This document shows, piece by piece, positions 58,478 to 64,000 of a stretch of DNA of 64,000 nucleotides; within the stretch, counting starts at the first letter, position 1; each line of letters starts with the position of its first letter. The position numbers and the translations under genes are program-made. Origin of the DNA: Rickettsiales bacterium (GTDB lineage: Bacteria; Pseudomonadota; Alphaproteobacteria; Rickettsiales; UBA998); contig JAXMDT010000006.1 of the NCBI GenBank assembly GCA_046348685.1, positions 2,395 through 66,394 on the forward strand. Reading direction: 5' to 3'. Below the pieces are notes generated by a model, which saw only the letters and a list, made by a program, of their open reading frames with translations, did no database searches and was not told where the DNA came from.

Positions 58478-58762
58478 ATGCCTTACTGGGTTTACATCGT
58501 CACCAATAAGCCGAATGGCATTCTGTATATTGGGGTGACGAATGATATTGCACGGCGAAGTTATGAGCATCGTGAAGGGCTCATTGAAGGCTTTACGAAA
58601 AAATATGGTCTGAAAATGCTTGTTTATGCAGAAGAATATGCCACGATTGAAGAAGCGATTCATCGTGAGAAGTGCATGAAAGAATGGAAGCGTGCATGGA
58701 AAATCAGGCGTATTTTAGAGGCAAATCCTGATTGGCATGACTTATTTGAAATCTTAGTGTAA
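58478..58762 (+). CDS. GIY-YIG nuclease family protein (second copy)
   Basis: YWVYIVTNKPNGILYIGVTNDIARRSYEHREG...KMLVYAE...REK.MKEWKRAWK is present. The ORF is 94 aa and is a clear paralogue of 28850-29137. Confidence 0.9.
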   Translation: MPYWVYIVTNKPNGILYIGVTNDIARRSYEHREGLIEGFTKKYGLKMLVYAEEYATIEEAIHREKCMKEWKRAWKIRRILEANPDWHDLFEILV

Positions 58763-58763
58763 A

Positions 58764-58791
58764 CGTGGATCCCGGCCTTCGCCGGGATGAC
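58764..58791. repeat. family C hairpin immediately after GIY-YIG gene 2
   Basis: cgtggatcccggccttcgccgggatgac starts 2 nt after the stop codon. Confidence 0.8.
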
Positions 58792-58793
58792 AT

Positions 58794-59717
58794 ATGTACA
58801 ATTTCATTTTATTTTTGCATCTCCTCATCTGGCTTTCGGCGGGGATTATTTATTCCAAGGTCAGCGGGTGGCCGTTTGAGCTGTTTACGCACTGGATCGT
58901 GACGTGGATTGTAACAGCTGCGATACTTTTGGGAGTAGCGATAGGCGAGAAACAATGGGTATACAGCATTTCGGCGTTGATACTGACGGTCGCGCTGAGT
59001 GCAAAACTGCTCACAGGCTATGCGTATGATACGGCCTGGTCGGACGCGAAGCCAGAGCACCCGGTCACACTCGCGCAGTGGAATATCTATAACGGCAATG
59101 ACTATGTCTTCCGCTGGATTGAATCGCTGAAGGGCGTCGATGTCGTCGTGCTAAACGAGGTGAAGCCTTGGGTGCGCGACCGGATTGCGGACAATCTGCC
59201 GGAGTATCCTTATAAATTGCTGCCGGAAGGGCTGGCGCCGGATACGGTCATCATCAGCAAGCTGTCGCTGCTGAATACGAGCATCACGCCCATCGAAGGC
59301 TCGCCACGTTTTATCCTGAAGGCAGAGATTGAGGAGGACGGCAAGCGTTTCGTCCTGCTTGCGGCGCATACGACCTCGCCGAGCCGTCCGGCACGCTACG
59401 CACGACGGGTAGCGGAACTGAAAGCCATCACCGCCGCGGTGCAGGCGGAAACGCTGCCGGTGGCCGTTGTTGGGGATTTGAATATCACGCCGTATTCGCC
59501 GGACTTCAAAAAACTCATGCAGGAAACGCAACTCGCATTGCCAGCCGCGCCGCTGGCATTACCGGTGACCTGGCCAAGCATCCTCGCGCTACCGGGATTT
59601 GGCCTGCCGATTGACCACATGCTCTCGAAAGGGCTGGCGGTTTATAGCCGCGCCGCGCCGGATTTTCTTTGCTGCTCTGACCACCGGCCGGTAGTGACGC
59701 GCTTTAAAATTAATTAG
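58794..59717 (+). CDS. endonuclease/exonuclease/phosphatase (EEP) family protein with an N-terminal membrane anchor
   Basis: Three N-terminal TM helices are followed by LAQWNIYNGN...VVVLNEV...VVGDLNITPYS...PIDHML...SDHRPV. Confidence 0.8.
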   Translation: MYNFILFLHLLIWLSAGIIYSKVSGWPFELFTHWIVTWIVTAAILLGVAIGEKQWVYSISALILTVALSAKLLTGYAYDTAWSDAKPEHPVTLAQWNIYNGNDYVFRWIESLKGVDVVVLNEVKPWVRDRIADNLPEYPYKLLPEGLAPDTVIISKLSLLNTSITPIEGSPRFILKAEIEEDGKRFVLLAAHTTSPSRPARYARRVAELKAITAAVQAETLPVAVVGDLNITPYSPDFKKLMQETQLALPAAPLALPVTWPSILALPGFGLPIDHMLSKGLAVYSRAAPDFLCCSDHRPVVTRFKIN

Positions 59718-59751
59718 CTGTTTTCGTTAAGGAATATTGTATAATTCGCGC

Positions 59752-60657
59752 ATGGTACATCTTTCCGCAACTCCTTTTGAGCCGCATCCTTTTGCGTCGA
59801 TTGTATCCAGCATTCCACCGGAATCAGGTTTTACCGAAGAGCTTTATAATAGCCAGATTGCACGTCTACACGCGCAGAGCGATATTATTGCTTCACGCAT
59901 TACTTATAAATCCGATGGATTCAACATAACTGGCGTACGTGTTCTACCGAAGTTGCTGGCTGGCCAGAAGGTGCCCATGGTGATTTACAATCGAGGGGGT
60001 AACCGGGAATTCGGCAAACTTGCCGTCGGCCAAATTTTATTTATGAGCCGTCTGATCAAGGCGTTTCCTGCGGGAATATTAGCCAGCAATTACCGTGGAA
60101 ACGATGGTGGTGAAGGAAAAGATGAATTCGGCGGCAGCGATATTCATGATGTCCTAGACCTGATTGAAGCAGGTAAAAAAGAGCCATGGTGGGATGGCAA
60201 AAATATATTTATGGTCGGAGGATCTCGTGGCGGGATGATGACTTATCTAGCGATTAAGCATGGCGCTCCGCTTAATGCGGCAGTGGCATGGGCGGGGCCA
60301 ACCGACCTGTTCGCCGCCGGAAAAGAAAGGCCCGAAATGGAAGAGAACGTACACAGTAAGATTATTCCGGGTGGACCTGAGGCACGTGATGCCGAGTATC
60401 GGGAACGCTCTGCAATATTTTGGCCGGAAAAACTGGATAAGCCATTGCTTATTCTCCATGGAGATGCGGATTGGAGAGTCGATGTTCACCACGCGCGCGA
60501 CTTAGCAAAAAAGCTAAAGGAATTGAAAAAACCTTATAGTTATATTGAATTCTCAGGCGATGATCATTTCCTGACAAAAAATAAAGATCAGGTTATCCCC
60601 TTAATAGCTGATTGGTTCCGCTCCCATTTGAAACAAAAAGATTCTCCTCAACGCTAA
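59752..60657 (+). CDS. alpha/beta hydrolase (S9 peptidase / dienelactone hydrolase-like)
   Basis: GGSRGGMMT is the nucleophile elbow. LILHGDADWRV and ...GDDHF are present. A TTG at 59737 is an alternative start. Confidence 0.75.
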   Translation: MVHLSATPFEPHPFASIVSSIPPESGFTEELYNSQIARLHAQSDIIASRITYKSDGFNITGVRVLPKLLAGQKVPMVIYNRGGNREFGKLAVGQILFMSRLIKAFPAGILASNYRGNDGGEGKDEFGGSDIHDVLDLIEAGKKEPWWDGKNIFMVGGSRGGMMTYLAIKHGAPLNAAVAWAGPTDLFAAGKERPEMEENVHSKIIPGGPEARDAEYRERSAIFWPEKLDKPLLILHGDADWRVDVHHARDLAKKLKELKKPYSYIEFSGDDHFLTKNKDQVIPLIADWFRSHLKQKDSPQR

Positions 60658-61061
60658 TGGCTTCTTTCTGGAAAACGACCCCGATGGAGAAGATGACGCA
60701 GGCGCAGTGGGAGTCTCTGTGCGATGGTTGTGGGTTGTGCTGCCAGATACGGGTAGAGGATATCGATACGGGTGAGCTGGCGGTCTCGAACGTGGCGTGC
60801 AAGATGCTCGATTTATGTACGCATCAGTGCATGTCGTATCCTAACCGGCACGACCTGGTGCCCGATTGCGTCAAGGTGACGCCGCAGAATGTGCGCGAAC
60901 TCTATTGGCTGCCTGCGACCTGTGCGTACCGGCTTGTGGCGGCGGGAAAGGATTTACCGTCGTGGCATTATCTGAAATGCGGCGACAAAACCCGCGTGCA
61001 CAAAAAAGGCCCGTCGATGATGGGATCGCTCATCTCTGAAGACGAAGCGGACTGGGAATGA
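60657..61061 (+). CDS. YcgN family cysteine-cluster protein (UPF0260)
   Basis: I moved the start to ATG 60657, which overlaps the previous stop (TAATG). WESLCDGCGLCC...CKMLD..TH.C..Y..R...VPDC is present. Confidence 0.85.
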   Translation: MASFWKTTPMEKMTQAQWESLCDGCGLCCQIRVEDIDTGELAVSNVACKMLDLCTHQCMSYPNRHDLVPDCVKVTPQNVRELYWLPATCAYRLVAAGKDLPSWHYLKCGDKTRVHKKGPSMMGSLISEDEADWE

Positions 61062-61129
61062 CGAGTCATAAGAAAAGGGCGGACATTGCTGCCCGCCCTA
61101 CCGAAGTCTAACCTGTAGTGCAATTTCGT

Positions 61130-64000
61130 CTAGCCAAAGTGGAAGTCCGCCGCGTTCCAGATATGGCCGTTATCTTCGGCGACGATGGCTTCATAACCCG
61201 CCGTCCCGTTCTTGAAGATAATGGTATCCGTACCGAAGCCGGTGACGACATCCGTGAGTTTATAGTTTGTCTGAATGATATCGCCTGCGGTGAAATCGTG
61301 GATCGCATCGACGCCGGAGCCTTTGTTGAAGACAAAGGTATCGTTGCCCGCACCGCCGTAGAGATGATCGCCCACGGTGACGTGGAAGGTGTTTTCCAAC
61401 ATATCGACCTTGACGCTGCGCACCATGAAATCGCTGCTGTCCTTGGCATTAGCGGTACCTAATGCTTTACCAGCCGCGCTTGACTGATTCGCATTCAGGC
61501 CATCGTACTGCTTGGCGCTGAGGACCACTTTATCGAAGCCGCCGGACGTCGAGAAATCGAGGGTCAGCAGGGATTCATTATTGCCGCTGCCGATCGTGGA
61601 TAATGTTGCGTGGTCTGTGTTATTTGTATCGTTGACGCCTGCAACGAAATCGCCCTGGCCGACAAGGATGCCGTCTTTATAGGCTTCCCAGTGTCCAACC
61701 TCGCTGTATTTCGTTCCGCCCAGATTATCCGCCCCGTTTGCTTTCGAGAAGAAAGCTGTCAGGTCAAACGCTGCCTTCGACATCAATTCGCCTTTGGAAT
61801 CGAAGACCAGTTTCTCGGATTGTTGCGTGCGTGGGTCGTAGCCAATTTCCTGATTAAGCGTTCCACCCAGATTCGCTTTGCCATCGGTACCAATACCGTT
61901 GGCATGCGCGTTGCCAGTGGTATTGTCAAACGACGGAATGCTCGAGGAAAATTTGTAACCCGTTGCTTCCGTTTCGCCGATACCTACTGCCGTAATATTG
62001 AACAGCGGCGTATATTGGCCCCAGGCCTTCGACCAGCCGATGGTGCTGGCGTTGCTGTCGGTATCCTTGGCAATGAGCGTCTCGCTGGTTTTCGTGCCGA
62101 GGAAGTAAGATACCTTCTCAACGGTAACGCAGCCTTTGTCGTCCCCGCCGGTGATCGTATCGTTGCCGGCACCACCTTTGAGTGTATCGTTTTTACTGGT
62201 GCCGTTGATAACTTTACCGCTCGATTTAACGGTGATATTGACATCCGCTGTATCGGTCGCACCGCTCGCATCCTTGATGCTGTAGGTGAATTTATCCGCA
62301 CCCGCATAACCGCTGGCTGCCGTATAGGTCAGCGTGCCATTGCCGTTGTTGACAACGGTGCCGTGCGCCGCAGCGACAGTGATGGAGTTGAAGTTGAACG
62401 TATCATCGACATCCTTATCGTTTGCAAGGAGGCTTGCGATGCTGATCACAAGCGGTGTGCCGGAGCTTGCTTCCAGCGTATCGTCACCCGCTACCGGGGC
62501 ATCGTTAACGCCGGTGACTTTCATGGTGACGGTGGCGGTGGACGTCGCCCCCGCTGCATCCTGCATGGTATAGGTGAAGGTTTCGGTGACGAGCTGGCCA
62601 GCCTTGAGCGCGTCGGCAGCATCCTTATCCGCAGCGTACACGAGGGATTGCGTCGCCGCGTTGAAAGTAACCGTGCCATAAATCAAACCAGCCGCATTGA
62701 CGGAGGCGATAGATTTCGTATCGCCCGCATCCGGATCGGTATCATTCGCAAGCAGGGTAGCGGTGAGATTTGCCGTCGTTGCATCTTCCTTGATATTAAC
62801 CGTATCGTTTACGGCTTTCGGACCATCATTGACGCCGGTCACGGTCACGGTAACTGTCGCCGTCGACGTCGCACCTGAACTATCTTTCATGGTGTATTTG
62901 AAGGTATCGGTCGCGGTCTGGCCAGCGCCCAGCGAGGTGAAGGCTGCATTATCCGCTTTGTAGGTGAGCGATTGCGTACCGGCGTTGAAGCTGACAATGC
63001 CTTTGGTGCCGGTTGTGTTGACCGAAGCGATGGCTTTCGTATCGCCGATATCGAGATCGGTATCGTTGCTGAGCAATGTACTGGTGATGTTCGCCGTGGT
63101 CGCGCCGGTAGCGATCGAGAATGCGTCGTTCACTGCCGTTGGGGTATCGTTGACCCCGACAACCGTCATAGTAACGGTGGCGGTAGATGTAGCGCCCGCC
63201 GCATCCTTCATGGTGTAGGTGAAGGTATCGGTTGCGGTTGCGCCTGCTTTCAAGCTATCGGCAGCTGCTTTGTCCGCAGCATAGGTGAGGGTCTGCGTGC
63301 CGGCGTTGAAGTTAACCGTGCCGAGCGTCGTGCCGCCTGCATTGACGGAAACGATTGACTTGGTGTCGCCTGCATCCGGGTCGGTATCGTTGGCAAGGAG
63401 CGCTGCCACGAGGTTCGCGGTGGTGGCATCTTCGTTGACACTCGCCGTGTCATTGACAGCGGTCGGGCCGTCATTGACACCCGTGACGGTGACAGTAACG
63501 GAAGTTTCGGAGGTCGCGCCATGCTCATCCGCCACGGTGTATTTGAAGGTGTCGGTTGCGGTCTGGCCCGCGCCAAGCGCGGTAAAGGCTGCGCTATTGG
63601 CGGCGTAGCTGAGCGTATGTGCTGCCGCATTGAAGGCAACGGTGCCTTGCGTACCGGTGGTATTGACAGACGCCACGTTCAGGATCGCGCCGTGATCGAT
63701 ATCGGTATCGTTACTGACAAGTGATGCATGGATGTTGCCGGTGGAAGCTCCTGCGTTGACCGCTGCCGTATCAGCGGTGGCAACCGGGCCATCGTTGGTG
63801 CCGGTAACGGTAATTGTCGCCGTGGCGGTCGAGGTCTCGCCGCTCGGATCCTTGATCGTGTAGGTAAAGGTTTCGGTTGCAGTTTCGCCTTCGGCCAGCG
63901 CATCTGCGGTCGCATTGTTCGCATGATAAACGAGAGTTTGCGCCGCTTCGTTGAAGGTAAGCGTGCCCAGCGTAATCGCGCTATTATCAACCGCGGTGAC
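61130..64000 (-). CDS. giant adhesin with VCBS/cadherin-like tandem repeats and a C-terminal RTX-type region (5' end outside the window)
   Basis: My hand translation shows the reading frame stays open upstream of the track's GTG (63676) to position 64000. At least 6 repeats of ~100 aa are present (VNDGP.AVNDT....TANL...LLANDTDPDAGDTK...TDTFTYT..D..GATSTATVT.TV.GVND). GGAGNDT nonapeptide-like motifs lie near the C-terminus. Confidence 0.85.
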   Translation of the reverse strand, partial: VTAVDNSAITLGTLTFNEAAQTLVYHANNATADALAEGETATETFTYTIKDPSGETSTATATITVTGTNDGPVATADTAAVNAGASTGNIHASLVSNDTDIDHGAILNVASVNTTGTQGTVAFNAAAHTLSYAANSAAFTALGAGQTATDTFKYTVADEHGATSETSVTVTVTGVNDGPTAVNDTASVNEDATTANLVAALLANDTDPDAGDTKSIVSVNAGGTTLGTVNFNAGTQTLTYAADKAAADSLKAGATATDTFTYTMKDAAGATSTATVTMTVVGVNDTPTAVNDAFSIATGATTANITSTLLSNDTDLDIGDTKAIASVNTTGTKGIVSFNAGTQSLTYKADNAAFTSLGAGQTATDTFKYTMKDSSGATSTATVTVTVTGVNDGPKAVNDTVNIKEDATTANLTATLLANDTDPDAGDTKSIASVNAAGLIYGTVTFNAATQSLVYAADKDAADALKAGQLVTETFTYTMQDAAGATSTATVTMKVTGVNDAPVAGDDTLEASSGTPLVISIASLLANDKDVDDTFNFNSITVAAAHGTVVNNGNGTLTYTAASGYAGADKFTYSIKDASGATDTADVNITVKSSGKVINGTSKNDTLKGGAGNDTITGGDDKGCVTVEKVSYFLGTKTSETLIAKDTDSNASTIGWSKAWGQYTPLFNITAVGIGETEATGYKFSSSIPSFDNTTGNAHANGIGTDGKANLGGTLNQEIGYDPRTQQSEKLVFDSKGELMSKAAFDLTAFFSKANGADNLGGTKYSEVGHWEAYKDGILVGQGDFVAGVNDTNNTDHATLSTIGSGNNESLLTLDFSTSGGFDKVVLSAKQYDGLNANQSSAAGKALGTANAKDSSDFMVRSVKVDMLENTFHVTVGDHLYGGAGNDTFVFNKGSGVDAIHDFTAGDIIQTNYKLTDVVTGFGTDTIIFKNGTAGYEAIVAEDNGHIWNAADFHFG

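Noticed and set aside
63679-63990. The 103-aa ORF at the right edge of the window.
   Set aside because: It is in a different frame from the adhesin repeat, which stays open to position 64000. Its product is Arg/Pro-rich nonsense.
61130-64000. A CRISPR array or non-coding tandem repeat interpretation of the ~300-nt periodicity.
   Set aside because: The periodicity lies entirely within one long open reading frame that encodes VCBS/cadherin-like domains. There is no short repeat/spacer structure and there are no cas genes.

Overview
This is a 64-kb chromosomal segment that looks alphaproteobacterial. The evidence is gene content and order: type-II ThrB, Usg, a DUF1476/zeta-like protein, glyS-ppdK, purS-purQ...purL-bolA-grxD, etfBA and YgfZ. 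By eye the G+C is moderately high, with several clearly AT-rich patches. I support about 66 protein genes. I found no rRNA, tRNA or CRISPR array.

Housekeeping content includes rnhA, thrB, ppdK, glyQ/glyS, panD, nth, etfBA, nadE, gltX, cysS, cimA, rpsD, purCSQL, grxD/bolA, nhaA, mutY and thiC, plus an OmpR-type two-component pair. Cell-surface content includes an orphan TpsA/FhaB-like exoprotein at 750-4448 and a 5'-truncated VCBS/RTX-type giant adhesin at 61130-64000.

Four things stand out:
1. At least five families of palindromic, MITE-like repeats saturate the intergenic spaces, and several copies sit in frame inside essential genes (thiC, cysS, nadE, glyQ, panD, and the start of a TrmH-family methyltransferase). 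Three families each have a copy that carries a small ORF: a DUF559 Vsr-like endonuclease inside thiC, a four-helix-bundle '23S IVS/Avd-like' protein between panD and glyS, and two GIY-YIG nucleases. This suggests cognate protein/hairpin mobile systems analogous to REP/RAYT.
2. A conserved 16-nt motif, TG(T/C)CA(T/C)NNAAGC(T/G)T(C/A)A, lies 46-57 nt upstream of four unannotatable genes. Three of them encode paralogous Gly/Ala-zipper membrane proteins with a shared Q/P/M-rich tail. The fourth is an AT-rich 518-aa protein with a CheD/CNF1-like Thr-Cys-His spacing. Together they look like a co-regulated, uncharacterised envelope or effector module.
3. AT-rich single-gene wedges are packed into conserved operons with 1-4 nt overlaps: a TIR-domain protein between cysS and a GST gene, a SAM-methyltransferase between purL and bolA, and a possible HEPN-like protein next to a GIY-YIG cassette.
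4. A mosaic AT-rich segment lies inside cysS.

All coordinates and alignments were done by hand. No database search was possible.
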